Shown: one piece after another, positions 1 through 10,726 of the stretch
Position numbering within the stretch: the stretch's first letter is position 1
How the letters are laid out: each line of letters opens with the position of its first letter
Assembly: GCA_045655025.1 (NCBI GenBank)
Contig: JAZOOM010000065.1
Location: forward strand, 1-36,957
Reading direction: 5' to 3'
DNA from: Eubacteriales bacterium
GTDB taxonomy: Bacteria > Bacillota > Clostridia > Oscillospirales > CAG-272
Length of the DNA stretch: 36,957 nucleotides
Program-made: the position numbers and the translations under genes
The notes under the pieces: model-generated
Database searches by the model: none
Seen by the model: the letters and a program-made list of their open reading frames with translations, nothing else
What the model was told of the DNA's origin: nothing

Positions 1-45
1 TAAAAAGCATTATTTAATAACACCTTTTTGAAAGTTTTGAGGATT

Positions 46-97
46 CTTAAGGGACTTTTTCAAAAGTCCCTTAAGCGGGTCCAGGGCAGGGCCCTGG
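46..97. repeat. REP-like double palindrome
   Basis: CTTAAGGGACTTTT-TC-AAAAGTCCCTTAAG (46-75) followed by CCAGGGC-AGG-GCCCTGG (81-97); intergenic. Confidence 0.55.
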
Positions 98-234
98 CCG
101 ATAAACCCAAATTTGAATTCTCTTTACCCTCAAGACGGACAAAATACCCGAAATATGACAAAACCCCAAAAATTTCTCAAAAAAATTTTTGCCCGCCAAG
201 GTAACAAGACCCCGGCGGGCAATTTTCAGACGGA

Positions 235-804
235 TCACAACCCGCCCTTGAACATATCCTTCAAAGAGAACTGCACCACCTCTTCGGCAGGCAGCTTCAA
301 GCGAGCGGCAGCGGCCACCAGGTATGTAAAGCCCCGCGTAACATGGCCGCCGTAGAACAGGCAACCATGCTCCCCGTAAAATCCCATTTCCTTGACCTCC
401 CAATGGGGCTTGATGAGCCTTCCGCCCCTTCCACCGTCGATACGGATGACCTTGACGGATTTGATATCGCTCCACAGAATCGTCTTGGTGGTGACAAAAC
501 CATAGCCGATCCGCAATCCGACGGCATCCACGCGGACGCGGTAAAGAGCCAATGGAAAGGCCAAAAGCAGGATGGCCACGCCTATGACCGTACCCAACCA
601 GCCCACAAAAGCCCCATTTTCGATTTTGGGGTAAGAGAGAACGAACAATCCAATGGCCAGCGAGACCAGCCCCATGCCCACCGCTTCAAGGATGGCATAA
701 GGGGATTCCCGCATGGTAAAGCTCTCGGGAGCCTCCCCCGCCTCGCTCTCGCGGTTCTTCTGCCCGATCAGCTTCTCGGTGTCTATAAGTCTTCCTCGTC
801 TCAT
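235..804 (-). CDS. Hypothetical membrane protein (2 TM helices + bacterial PH-like C-terminal domain)
   Basis: 189 aa; two hydrophobic helices then beta-rich 'YRVRVDAVGLRI...ILWSDIKSV'; starts 6 nt after the GH38 stop. Confidence 0.65.
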   Translation of the reverse strand: MRRGRLIDTEKLIGQKNRESEAGEAPESFTMRESPYAILEAVGMGLVSLAIGLFVLSYPKIENGAFVGWLGTVIGVAILLLAFPLALYRVRVDAVGLRIGYGFVTTKTILWSDIKSVKVIRIDGGRGGRLIKPHWEVKEMGFYGEHGCLFYGGHVTRGFTYLVAAAARLKLPAEEVVQFSLKDMFKGGL

Positions 805-810
805 GGATGC

Positions 811-3204
811 TTACAGCGCCAGCATAGACCGCTGCTCGGTCAGCTCACCGTTCTTGTACAGAAGGGTCTTGACCTCATACTTCCCGAAGGACAGGTCAAT
901 AGCCTTACCGAAAACAGTACAGCCACAAGTCTTGTCACCGTCCGAACCGTTGTACAGACGCACCATGTAGGTGTCCGCATCCACCTTGCGCAGGCAAGTG
1001 AGGGTGATCGTCTCGTCGGAGAGGGTGACGGCGGGGGTCTCGTGACGCTCACCCGTTCCATGAGGATAGAAGTTGAGAGCATAGGGCTTCTGGGTGAAGG
1101 CCGTAGCCTTGCGGTCGAGGTCAGCCTCGTCGCAGATCTCCAGACGTAGCTTGAACTCGTGGCGGCCGAGGTCGATGTAGGGCTGGAAGCGGTCCTCGTC
1201 CATAATGGGAAGATTACCGATGGGATGGGCGCAGTAGACGGATCCGTTGAGGAGGTCGAGGTAGAGCACGCCATCCTCCAGCGAACAGCCGTAGGTGCCG
1301 TCCTTGAAGATCGTCAGCACCTTGTCACCCATCTTCATGCCCACGAATCTCTGGGAGCATTGCTCCAGATCCGCGGTATAGGTCTGGGTGCCGAAGGCGG
1401 TCTGACCGATAAACTTGCCGATTTCAGCCACGGGAATGGCCAGCTTGAGGCCCTTGCCCGCATCGTTCCAGTAGGCGTTCACGGTCACGTCGATGTAGTT
1501 GAAATCCTTGTACAGGGTATAAGCCACGCGAACGTCGGACTTACCCGTGTTGTAGAAGCTCTCCACGGTGGTGAGCAGATCGCCCCGCTCAATGACGCGG
1601 AGGGGAATGGTGCAAGCCGCAGGAGTATAGTTCTTGCCCACGGTAGACATGTACCAGCCCCAAGGATCGGGGTTGTCGTCGTAGACGATGGGGGCGAAGG
1701 CGGAACCCTTCAGGAACTCCTTACCGTCGGCCGAGAAGGAGGTCAGCGCACCGCCCACGGGATCGAAGACTGCCTTGGTTCCCTGCCCTGATTCAAATTC
1801 GTTCTGAGGGGTGCGGTCAAGGATATTCTTCTTGCCGCGGCGCACCTCTACGTCGTAGCGGGTGACCGACAGGGGGTTCAGGGTGTCCTTGATGGCCATC
1901 CGCTTACTGCGATCCATGTTGATGCAGGAGGATTCCTTGACGATCTGGAAGGGGATCTCGACGCCGTCCCGCTTGACGGTGAATTCGTAGCCCTCGGTTT
2001 CGGAGCAGATGCCGCTCAGGAGGAAGAAGTCACCCGTGAAGATGGCCTCCTCGGCATAGGGAGTAGGATTGTAGACGAAAATGGGGTACTTCAGGGGCAC
2101 GGCCTTCTCATAGTCGCGGCACAGACCCATGAAGGCCTTGGTGAATTCCTTGTCCAGCAGCTCCAGCGCGTAGTCCAGCTTCTGCATACTGCTCTTCTCG
2201 CCCTCGATGATGCAGGTGCCCGACAGGACGTCGTGGAACTGCACCATGGCCATGCGCTTCTGGGCGTCGTCGAAGGCGTCGAAATTGTAATTATAGACAC
2301 CCTCGGCATCGGCGTAGGCGCAGATCTTCTCGGTGGTCAGGAGCTTGTTCTCCACCTCGGCGTAGCGGCGCTTGAGGCGGGCGATGGAGGTGTAGCACTT
2401 GACGAAACAGGGCTGGAGAGCCTCATCCCACACGGCGGAGGGCTGGGAGGCGGCGAAGAAGGCCTCGGGGGTGGAGTGGAACACGGCAACACCCGCCTCC
2501 TTCTGCTCCTCCATGAAGACGGCCAGCTCGGCAAGGTCTTTTCTGGACGCGCCACCGCCGTGGTTGCCCACGCCCCACAGGGCAAAGGCGATCTCCTCGC
2601 CCTGCTTGTCCCAGGGCTGCATCTTGCGCTTGACGGCGTTCACGGCATCGCCCAGATCGTTGGTGTAGATGGTCAGATCGTCGAAACGGGCGGCCTTGAT
2701 GCTACTGCCGTCAAAGCCCTTCCACTCGATATAGTTGGCGGGAAGGGGCATAAACTCGGGCATGGGGCGGCAACAGATATAGCCCTCGTAGCCGCACTTG
2801 GACAGGATCTGGACGAGGCCTTGGGTATGACCGAAGGAATCGAAATTCACAGCCGCCGTGGGAATAATGCCGAACTTCTCCTTGAAGTAGGAGAGTCCCG
2901 ATTCGATCTGGCGGACAAATCCCTCGCCCGAAGGAATGTTGCAGTCGGGCTGGACGTACCAGCCGCCCATGATGTGCCACTTCCCTGCCTTGACCAGTCC
3001 CTTGATGCGCTCAAAGAGAGCGGGGTCGTAGGTCTCCACGAACTCGTAGAGGAGGGCTTCGTTGTGGCAGAAAATATAATCGTACTCGTCAGCGATCTCG
3101 CAGGCGGCGTAGAAGGTGGCCAACGCGGCGGTGGCACCCTCGTTCCAGTCCCACTGCCAGACGGGGTCGAGGTGGGCGTTACAGACCAGATGCAGTTCTT
3201 TCAT
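811..3204 (-). CDS. Alpha-mannosidase, glycoside hydrolase family 38
   Basis: N-terminal HLVCNAHLDPVWQW, GGWYVQPD, DSFGH, QFHDVLSGT motifs; AAGGAG RBS. Confidence 0.93.
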   Translation of the reverse strand: MKELHLVCNAHLDPVWQWDWNEGATAALATFYAACEIADEYDYIFCHNEALLYEFVETYDPALFERIKGLVKAGKWHIMGGWYVQPDCNIPSGEGFVRQIESGLSYFKEKFGIIPTAAVNFDSFGHTQGLVQILSKCGYEGYICCRPMPEFMPLPANYIEWKGFDGSSIKAARFDDLTIYTNDLGDAVNAVKRKMQPWDKQGEEIAFALWGVGNHGGGASRKDLAELAVFMEEQKEAGVAVFHSTPEAFFAASQPSAVWDEALQPCFVKCYTSIARLKRRYAEVENKLLTTEKICAYADAEGVYNYNFDAFDDAQKRMAMVQFHDVLSGTCIIEGEKSSMQKLDYALELLDKEFTKAFMGLCRDYEKAVPLKYPIFVYNPTPYAEEAIFTGDFFLLSGICSETEGYEFTVKRDGVEIPFQIVKESSCINMDRSKRMAIKDTLNPLSVTRYDVEVRRGKKNILDRTPQNEFESGQGTKAVFDPVGGALTSFSADGKEFLKGSAFAPIVYDDNPDPWGWYMSTVGKNYTPAACTIPLRVIERGDLLTTVESFYNTGKSDVRVAYTLYKDFNYIDVTVNAYWNDAGKGLKLAIPVAEIGKFIGQTAFGTQTYTADLEQCSQRFVGMKMGDKVLTIFKDGTYGCSLEDGVLYLDLLNGSVYCAHPIGNLPIMDEDRFQPYIDLGRHEFKLRLEICDEADLDRKATAFTQKPYALNFYPHGTGERHETPAVTLSDETITLTCLRKVDADTYMVRLYNGSDGDKTCGCTVFGKAIDLSFGKYEVKTLLYKNGELTEQRSMLAL

Positions 3205-3224
3205 GAATGTATCTCCTTAATCTG

Positions 3225-5030
3225 TCAATTTTGATTCAGCCACACCGAAATGCGGTTGCGCTCTTCCATCCAGCGCTTTCCGCAGGAGGCGTAGTCGGTA
3301 AGGAGCAGATCGCCGTCGGTCGTCTTCAGGAGGAACCGAACCGTCTCCCCTGCTTCCGCGTCAAGCTGATTGACAACGAGCTTGTCGCCGTTCAGCGCGG
3401 GAATGACGGGGGCTTCGATGTCTCCCTCCTCCTTCTGCTCGTCGCGGGCCAGCGCCAACGCGCCGAAGGTGAAGGCAACCTTGCCGTTCAGGGTCTGCAT
3501 CTCCACCTCGGGATGAAGGGCAAGGGTGACGGTGTCGCCGTCCTTCCACTCACGGGTGAGATCAATGTAGCCCACTTCCACGGCTTGAGTCTCGCCGTTC
3601 ACCGTGAGGGTAGGCTCATGGCTCCATGCAGGAACACGGAGACGGAGGGTGAAGGTCTCGGGGGTATCCAAGGCAAGAGAAACGGCAGCGTTTCCTTCGT
3701 CCGCGAAATTCCCCGAGATGGTGAGGGTTACGGAATTGCCCGCGGGGGTGGCGGCGGTGACGGTACCGTTACCGTACTCGTTCAGCACAAAGCCGTCGTC
3801 CTGCGCCATGACGCTCACGAGGGGAAACAGAGCGGTGCCCGCCGCGCCTATGCAAGCGCAACAGCCGTAGTAGCCGCCGGTGGAGAACTTCTTGTAGCCG
3901 CCGATGCCGATGCCGCGAGCTTTGAAGGTGAGGGGGCTGTAGCTGTCGAAGGGAACCCCCGGCACACGGACATTCTCCCCTTTTTCCAGTTGGGGCAGTC
4001 CCTCAAAGTTCAGACTTCCGTACAAGGCGTTGAGGGCGGACTGCTCGATGCCCTCGGCGTAAATGACTTTCCCTGTCAGGCGCAGGAGACGCTCTTGGAG
4101 GCGCATCCACGTAACGGTGACGCAGGTCTCCTGCATGATGGCCAAAGGCTCGGTCTCCTCGGTCTGCTTGACGGCGGAGTGATCGAACAGCTCATGGGTG
4201 CAGCCCGCGCAACCAATGATGGTGATGTCGGTCTTACGGACAGCCTCGGCGAACTTTTCCACGATATTCAGGTAGCGGGTCTCACCCGTGACCTCGTAGT
4301 AGGCCAGCGCGCCCTCGAAGTAGGACATCATCTCGTAGGCCTTGACCGTGGGGTACTCAAAGGGCATCATGACCCCCTCCTCAGCCAGCTCCAGAAGATT
4401 TCCGTCACGGCAACCGCCGGATTCCAGAATGTACTTCGCAAAGGTCAGATACTTTTCTTCTCCCGTCAGCTTGTGAAGCTCCACGATGGGCTCCAGAATG
4501 GAGGCGGAGTTGACGCCTCCCCACCAATGGGAGGTCTCGAGGACAGAGAGCTTATCCTCTCCCAGCTTGTCTATCAGGTAGTCCACCTGACCCTTCATGG
4601 CGGTGACGATCCGCTCCTTGAAGGCCTCGTCACGGCAGATGCCGTAGAAGTAGAGGCAACCGACGAGGACGTACTTTCTCGTCCACATATCCCAGCCGCA
4701 GAATTCCTTCTCTTGGGGGTAGGTGGTGATGCGTCCATCGGCATCCTGCGCGTCCAGAATCCCGCGGACGGTCTCGTAGAGAACGCCGTACAAGGTCTCG
4801 TCGGGCAGATAGCGGTAGGTGAGGCAGGCACCCCGCATCATCTTGCCGAAATACTCGCCGCGCCAGCCCAGATCGGCGGCGTCGGGGCGCTCGGTAAAGA
4901 CGTAAACGAACTTGTCCCAGAGGGGCTTGTCCAGAAGCTGTTTTTGCAGAATAAAGGCGGCGTTATCGTGAACGGTGCCCTCGTAGCGGGCATTGCCCAT
5001 GGGGATGTAGCGGTATCGGTACGGAATCAT
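3225..5030 (-). CDS. GH127-family beta-L-arabinofuranosidase-like glycosidase
   Basis: WRGEYFGK, KAYEMMS, ETCVTVTW, CC motif, LRLRVPAWS, W..GD.V.L; start moved to ATG 5030 behind AAGGAG. Confidence 0.85.
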   Translation of the reverse strand: MIPYRYRYIPMGNARYEGTVHDNAAFILQKQLLDKPLWDKFVYVFTERPDAADLGWRGEYFGKMMRGACLTYRYLPDETLYGVLYETVRGILDAQDADGRITTYPQEKEFCGWDMWTRKYVLVGCLYFYGICRDEAFKERIVTAMKGQVDYLIDKLGEDKLSVLETSHWWGGVNSASILEPIVELHKLTGEEKYLTFAKYILESGGCRDGNLLELAEEGVMMPFEYPTVKAYEMMSYFEGALAYYEVTGETRYLNIVEKFAEAVRKTDITIIGCAGCTHELFDHSAVKQTEETEPLAIMQETCVTVTWMRLQERLLRLTGKVIYAEGIEQSALNALYGSLNFEGLPQLEKGENVRVPGVPFDSYSPLTFKARGIGIGGYKKFSTGGYYGCCACIGAAGTALFPLVSVMAQDDGFVLNEYGNGTVTAATPAGNSVTLTISGNFADEGNAAVSLALDTPETFTLRLRVPAWSHEPTLTVNGETQAVEVGYIDLTREWKDGDTVTLALHPEVEMQTLNGKVAFTFGALALARDEQKEEGDIEAPVIPALNGDKLVVNQLDAEAGETVRFLLKTTDGDLLLTDYASCGKRWMEERNRISVWLNQN

Positions 5031-5078
5031 ATCGTTCTCCTTATTTGTGTGCCTTGGGGAAGGCCACGGTTTGTCACT

Positions 5079-5107
5079 ATTATACCTGTATTCCTTCATT
5101 TTGTCAA
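5079..5107 (-). promoter_or_regulatory. Sigma-A/70 promoter for the GH127-GH38 operon
   Basis: TTGACA-N17-TATAAT on the minus strand. Confidence 0.75.
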
Positions 5108-5159
5108 TACAGTTTCAGCAAAGCGAACGAAAAAAACGCAATTGCGCCCCACTTGCCTC

Positions 5160-5188
5160 TTGATTATTTGGGAAATTTATGATACAAT
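5160..5188 (+). promoter_or_regulatory. Divergent sigma-A promoter for the DUF6259-like gene
   Basis: TTGATT-N17-TACAAT with TG extended -10. Confidence 0.55.
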
Positions 5189-5225
5189 AGTGGTATGGAG
5201 AATTCCCCAAAAAGGAGAACCTTAT

Positions 5226-7301
5226 ATGCGCATCTGCAAGCTGAACCAAATGACCCTGTCCGTGGACTTTGCGGCGGGGCATATCACCTCTCTGATCATA
5301 AACAGCGCGGAGCGTGTGGCCGCCGCCACGCCTCTGTTCCGCATCCGTCTCCGCGACGAGGCGGGACAGAACTACCACTACACGTCCTACGACGCAGCCA
5401 CCCGTGCCGAGACCGAAAACGGCGGGCTTTACTGTGATTTCCCTGCTCCCTTTGAGGATCTGGTCGTCGCCGTGACCCTGTCCGAGGCAGACGGTGGCAT
5501 GAACTGGGGCATTTCGGTGGCTCCCAACACAGGAGATGCCTTTGCCGAGTGGGTGGACTTCCCCCGCGTGACCCTCCCCGATCTGAAGCGGGAGAACCCC
5601 GAAACGGGTGGTGAAGTCCTGCTTCCCTACAACGAGGGCATTCTGGTCTCCTCCCACGCCGAGCGCGACGCGACCGATTTCCGCTTCTGGGAGCCCGAGT
5701 ACCCCTCCCTGGGGTGCTACTCCCTGTTCCCCAATATGATCTCCTCCCAGATGATGGCCTACCTGTGGGAGGATTGCGGTCTCTACATCGGTCTCCACGA
5801 CCCCAAGCGCGGGGTCAAGGCCATCGACTTCTTCCGCGACGGGGAGGGCACCACCATGCAGCCCCGCATTTTCTGCGGCGTGGAGTTCGGTGAGACCTTT
5901 GCCACCGACTACCCCGTGGTCTGGAAGGCCACCGACAGCCGCTGGGAGTCCGCCGCCGAGATCTACCGCGTATGGTTTGAGGCCAATCTGCCGCCCAAGG
6001 CGAGCAAGGTCAAGGACGATCCCACCCTGCCCGACTGGTACGAGGATTCCCCCCTCATCGTGACCTACCCCGTCCGCGGCTGGCACGACACCGACGATAT
6101 GTCCCCCAACCCCATGTTCCCCTACACCAATGCTTTGCCTGTTCTGAATCGCATCCGCAAGGCCACCGAGAGCCACCTCATGGTGATCCTCATGCACTGG
6201 GAAGGCACCGCCCCCTGGGCCCCTCCCTTCGTGTGGCCTCCCTACGGCGGTGTGGAGGGCTTCAATGCCTTCAAGTCCGCCCTCCACGACGAGGGCGATA
6301 TGCTGGGCGTGTACTGCTCGGGCTTCGGCTACACCATGCGGAGCAATCTCACCGATTACAGCGGCGAGGAATACTACGGGCAGGAGGGGCTTGAGGCCGG
6401 TATGTGCATGAGTCCCGACGGGCAGATCACCAGTAAGATCTGCACCGCCCAGAGACAAGGCTACGACGTGTGCCCCGCCTCCCCCGTGGGTCACGACCTG
6501 CTTGCTCGCGCCTACGCCCCCCTATTTGAGAGTGGGCTGGACTACGTGCAGATCCTCGACCAGAACCACGGCGGCGGCCAGTACTTCTGCTACGCCAAGG
6601 ATCACGGCCATCCCCCCGCGCCCGGCGCGTGGATGACGGAGTCCATGCAGACCATGCTGGGCGAGTGGAACGACAAGGCTCCCGATATGCTCTTCGGTTG
6701 CGAATCCGCCGCGGCAGAGCCCTTCATCGGCAATCTCCGCTTCAGCGATAACCGCTTCGAGCTCAACTACTTCACGGGTCGCCCCGTCCCCCTGTACGCC
6801 TACCTCTACCACGAGTACCTCCGCAACTTCATGGGCAATCAGGTCTGCGGCGACGTGCGCGGCGAGTACGAGACCCTGACCCACCGCATCGCCTACTCCT
6901 TTGCCGCAGGCGACTGCATGACCCTCGTCCTCTCTCCCGACGGCCGCATCCAGTCCTACTGGGGTCAGCGCGACCTGTCGGATCTCCCCGACGCGGACAA
7001 GGTACTGACCCTCATCCGCAACCTCACCCGCTTCTACAAGGGGGAGGCCAAGCCCTACCTCTACGCGGGTCGCATGATCCCCGCTCTCCCCGTGGAGTGT
7101 CCCGACCGCGCCTTTATCGGCAACTGGGGTACCCGTCCCTTCACCCTGCCCGTCCTCCACTCCACCGCGTGGGAGGCCGCCGACGGCAGCCGCGTGCAGA
7201 TCATCGTCAACCCCGAGGACTTCCCCGTGGAATGTCGCGTGGGCGAAAGACAGGTAACGATTCCCGCGTTGAGCGGCATCATTCTTCGGAATATCCTGTA
7301 A
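5226..7301 (+). CDS. DUF6259-like putative glycoside hydrolase (TIM-barrel)
   Basis: ATG 5226 after AAAGGAG; 691 aa; HWEGTAPWAPP, QILDQNHGG, GCESAAAEP motifs; strong GC3 bias; the track's 3207 start is an antisense extension. Confidence 0.75.
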   Translation: MRICKLNQMTLSVDFAAGHITSLIINSAERVAAATPLFRIRLRDEAGQNYHYTSYDAATRAETENGGLYCDFPAPFEDLVVAVTLSEADGGMNWGISVAPNTGDAFAEWVDFPRVTLPDLKRENPETGGEVLLPYNEGILVSSHAERDATDFRFWEPEYPSLGCYSLFPNMISSQMMAYLWEDCGLYIGLHDPKRGVKAIDFFRDGEGTTMQPRIFCGVEFGETFATDYPVVWKATDSRWESAAEIYRVWFEANLPPKASKVKDDPTLPDWYEDSPLIVTYPVRGWHDTDDMSPNPMFPYTNALPVLNRIRKATESHLMVILMHWEGTAPWAPPFVWPPYGGVEGFNAFKSALHDEGDMLGVYCSGFGYTMRSNLTDYSGEEYYGQEGLEAGMCMSPDGQITSKICTAQRQGYDVCPASPVGHDLLARAYAPLFESGLDYVQILDQNHGGGQYFCYAKDHGHPPAPGAWMTESMQTMLGEWNDKAPDMLFGCESAAAEPFIGNLRFSDNRFELNYFTGRPVPLYAYLYHEYLRNFMGNQVCGDVRGEYETLTHRIAYSFAAGDCMTLVLSPDGRIQSYWGQRDLSDLPDADKVLTLIRNLTRFYKGEAKPYLYAGRMIPALPVECPDRAFIGNWGTRPFTLPVLHSTAWEAADGSRVQIIVNPEDFPVECRVGERQVTIPALSGIILRNIL

Positions 7302-7331
7302 CGTTCGACCCTGTTTTTACGACGTAATCCA

Positions 7332-7381
7332 TAGGGCATCTCTGATCATTCATTGTACGCAGAGTTTTTAGAGATGCCCTA
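7332..7381. repeat. 12-bp inverted repeat (terminator or MITE-like remnant)
   Basis: TAGGGCATCTCT ... AGAGATGCCCTA around a 26-nt spacer. Confidence 0.45.
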
Positions 7382-7409
7382 AAAAAATCCCCAAGGAAAG
7401 GAGAACGCC

Positions 7410-10400
7410 ATGTCAGATCTGTGGGAAGCCGCGGTCAATCTGTACCGTTTACGATTGGTTCCTACGGTCAAGCGTATGCTGGATCGCAGGCGGATCTCCT
7501 ATACTCTTTTGACCGTGGGGGTTCTGACGGTGTCCGCCGCGGCGCTGGCTCTGCTCATTGCCTACGCCACCGAGTCCCTCGTCGGGCTGAATACGCTGGC
7601 AGAGGAATACGACCTCTACCTGATGAAATACCTGTCCGGCGGAAACAAACGCTCCCCCATGCCCGAAATGCGGGAGACCATCGCTCTGGCCAAGGCGGGA
7701 GCCGTTGCCCACTCGGTCTTCTGCGGCGGACTTTGGCTGATCCTGTCCGCCGTGGGGGTGGGATGGGTCATGTCGGCGGTCATGGAATCCGAGGCCTACG
7801 TCTACGGCCTGTTCATGATCTACGGAGCCGACCGCAAGCAGCTCTCCCGTCAGCTTTCCCTGGAATTTCTGGTAGCGGGTATTCCCGCTGTGTGCCTGGG
7901 AACCCCTTTGGGAATTGTTACGTACCGCCTCATAGGCGGAAGCGGAAGCCTGTCCCTCGGTCGCCTTTGTCTCGCCGTCCTCTCTTTTCTGATCCTCATT
8001 TCGGTCTCCGCCTCCATCCTCGCCCGCCGCATGCTGAAACGCTCCTGCATGGGACTTTTGAACGCGTCGGACACCGCGGATCTCACGACCTCCCCCCGCC
8101 GCTCCCACTTGGGCGGCTTGAAGAGAAAACGAGGTCTCCTTTCCTCCGCCCTGCTGGCCTTCTCGCGTATGCGGCGGCACTACGTCGCCTTAGCACTGGT
8201 AGCCGCCATTGTCTCGGCAACGGCCTTTGGGTCCCTGTCCCTCAGCGGCAACGTCGAGCAGACCACCTCCGCCCCCGCCCATACTCTCTACTTCTCCCAA
8301 GGAATCACCTCCGAGGAAATGCGGTACGACTATTTGGAAAATCTGGATTGGCACGCCGCCGTCCGTGATCTCTCCTACGCCGTAACCGATACCGCCGAGG
8401 AGCTGGGTATCCACCTCAAGCTCACCGAGGAGCAGAATCCCTCCCACGGCGGCGTCTATCTGGGCGCGCAGTACGCCACCGACGGCATCCGCATCGCCTG
8501 CGGAGACGGAGATACCTACTACGAGCTGGGCGGAAGCAATCCCATCCCTCCCGAGTTCTCCCATATATCCCCCTCAAACATGACACGCTTCGGCTACGAC
8601 CTGGAGGCCGTCCCCGACGGCTACGCGGTCTACGTCTACCCCGAGCAAACGGGCCCCACCCTTCAGCTGAAGGTGGGCGACACCGTCACCCTGTCCATCC
8701 CCCGGGAAGATCATAAGGATCTGTCCGACGCGGTAGAAGAAGAATGTGAAACCGTCACTGTGCGCATAGCGGATATCGTGTCGGTAGGAAGTGTGAGGGT
8801 TCTGGAAGGCGGGCCTGAGGTCTGTCCCCGTATCACCGAGGACTACCTCTATATCAGCCCCTCCGATTACGAAAAATTCAGCCGCGATGAGCGCGCCGAA
8901 TCCTTCACCGCCGAGGAGGTCTACCCCGACGAGCTGTTCGGAGACCGTACCGAAAACACTTGCATTCTGGCAGTACCCGAGGGCTACTTCGGAGGCGGCG
9001 AGATCCCCGACACGGTAACGGTCATCCACCCCGCCGACACGGTCAAATCCCTGTTCTCCATGGGCAAGACCGAGCTGGAGCACGAGGAATACTTCATCAA
9101 CCAAACGTATCGCGGCACGGGAGTCTATCTCGGCACGGAGGAGGCATACTTGACCGATCCCAACGCCGCCCCCCTTCTGGAGGAGCACGCTAAAGATGCC
9201 TTGACCGCTTATATGGGCGGAAGCGACCTCACCCTTCTCCGTCGGGAGTATGAGATCACGACCATCATCCCCATGCCCGCGGGAAGCAAGCCTTTCCTCA
9301 TTCTTCCCCACACCGACGAGATCAACTATAACAGGCTCTACAACGATCTTTGCGCCCTCCGTCTGGAGCCTCTGTCGGATGATGCCCCCGCGCTGACCGC
9401 GGTCCATCATGAGGCCTACGTGCTCTCCACCTCCATCCCCTTCGGGCGTATGGATTACGGACGTCACCTCTACTTGGGCACGTCCCTCATGGGCGACTTC
9501 ATCACCGCCATGGACGAGGCAGGTATTTCCCTGCAAGTCCCCGTCCCCACCTTCTCCCACAGCCGCGTAACCGCCCGCGGAAGCTTTTCCATCGGGAACA
9601 CCCACTACCTGCTGGCCGAGCCCTTTTCGGACTTTATACCCACGGAATACCCCGAGCTGGAGGCCGATCACTACCCCCGCTACGTAACGGGCGTGGGAAG
9701 CTTCCGCACGGTGGGCGATACGTCGAAAAACACGGTTTTATCCGCCAAGGAAGAGAGCTTTTACGCCATATTCCATGAGGACAGCATCGGTGCGCTCAAG
9801 GAAGAAAGCCTCCCCATAGAGGGCCACTACGCCGTGGGCGATTGGGTGATCGCCCCTGCCTCGGAAACCGCTATCGGAGAAAAGCCCACGAAGGGCTACG
9901 GCGTGATCTCGGTTCCCAACCCCGAAAAATCCCCCATCCAAGTAGGCGATACCCTCTCGGTGGCCATACGTCAGGATACCTCCGCCTTCATGAACGATCC
10001 CGAGCTGATGGGATTGACGGGAGACCGCCTTTTGGCCTACCTACAGGAAAAGATCATCTACGAATACACGACGGTAGTGGTATCCGCCATCGTACAGGGA
10101 GAGCGTAACACCCTCATTTTGGCGGAAGAGGATATGCAAGCCATCCTCGGGCAAAACGGTGTCTATACAAGGCTGGACGTTTACCTGTATCCCACCGTCA
10201 CCTTACAAAACTACTTAGATTTCCACACCGCCGTTACGTCGCTGACCAAAGCCGCCTCCCATGAGGTCACCCTTCTCTACGACGAAGACTTCATTACCCA
10301 CGCCGTGTCAGGCCCCTCCCCGTCGGTACTGTTGATCTGCGTAGGGGGAGCCGCCCTCTGCCTCCTTCCCCTTCTGCTCACAGCCTCCCGATTCCTCTTC

Positions 10401-10715
10401 TACGGCAAACGGGAGGAGGAGTACGCCATTCTGCACGCCATAGGCAAAACAGCAAGGGAGCGGAAACGGGCTTATTGGGCAGAATCCGCTCTGTTCTGTA
10501 TCACCGTCACCACCGCCGCAGCCCTGGCCTGCCCCATTGGCTACGGACTTCTGCTCATGGCAGCGGATACGTTGGAGCTTCCCCTCCCGACCTCCTACCT
10601 TGATCCCACGTTGTACGGAGGGGTCATAGGACTTTCCGCCGTAGCCTCGGTATCGGTAAGCGTCCTCACCTTCAGAAGAATGAAGAAACACGTATTCCAA
10701 CATAGAACCGATTGA
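7410..10715 (+). CDS. ABC transporter permease, FtsX/MacB-like, with large extracytoplasmic region
   Basis: Two FtsX-like TM modules (YGLFMIYGADRKQL..LEFL; REEEYAILHAIGKT..ES); adjacent ATPase; GGAG RBS. Confidence 0.8.
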   Translation: MSDLWEAAVNLYRLRLVPTVKRMLDRRRISYTLLTVGVLTVSAAALALLIAYATESLVGLNTLAEEYDLYLMKYLSGGNKRSPMPEMRETIALAKAGAVAHSVFCGGLWLILSAVGVGWVMSAVMESEAYVYGLFMIYGADRKQLSRQLSLEFLVAGIPAVCLGTPLGIVTYRLIGGSGSLSLGRLCLAVLSFLILISVSASILARRMLKRSCMGLLNASDTADLTTSPRRSHLGGLKRKRGLLSSALLAFSRMRRHYVALALVAAIVSATAFGSLSLSGNVEQTTSAPAHTLYFSQGITSEEMRYDYLENLDWHAAVRDLSYAVTDTAEELGIHLKLTEEQNPSHGGVYLGAQYATDGIRIACGDGDTYYELGGSNPIPPEFSHISPSNMTRFGYDLEAVPDGYAVYVYPEQTGPTLQLKVGDTVTLSIPREDHKDLSDAVEEECETVTVRIADIVSVGSVRVLEGGPEVCPRITEDYLYISPSDYEKFSRDERAESFTAEEVYPDELFGDRTENTCILAVPEGYFGGGEIPDTVTVIHPADTVKSLFSMGKTELEHEEYFINQTYRGTGVYLGTEEAYLTDPNAAPLLEEHAKDALTAYMGGSDLTLLRREYEITTIIPMPAGSKPFLILPHTDEINYNRLYNDLCALRLEPLSDDAPALTAVHHEAYVLSTSIPFGRMDYGRHLYLGTSLMGDFITAMDEAGISLQVPVPTFSHSRVTARGSFSIGNTHYLLAEPFSDFIPTEYPELEADHYPRYVTGVGSFRTVGDTSKNTVLSAKEESFYAIFHEDSIGALKEESLPIEGHYAVGDWVIAPASETAIGEKPTKGYGVISVPNPEKSPIQVGDTLSVAIRQDTSAFMNDPELMGLTGDRLLAYLQEKIIYEYTTVVVSAIVQGERNTLILAEEDMQAILGQNGVYTRLDVYLYPTVTLQNYLDFHTAVTSLTKAASHEVTLLYDEDFITHAVSGPSPSVLLICVGGAALCLLPLLLTASRFLFYGKREEEYAILHAIGKTARERKRAYWAESALFCITVTTAAALACPIGYGLLLMAADTLELPLPTSYLDPTLYGGVIGLSAVASVSVSVLTFRRMKKHVFQHRTD

Positions 10716-10726
10716 TAGGAGGATTC

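Noticed and set aside
3207-5225. 1364-aa ORF apparently fusing an N-terminal extension to the DUF6259-like gene
   Set aside because: The extension is the antisense shadow of GH127; the real start is ATG 5226 with RBS and promoter
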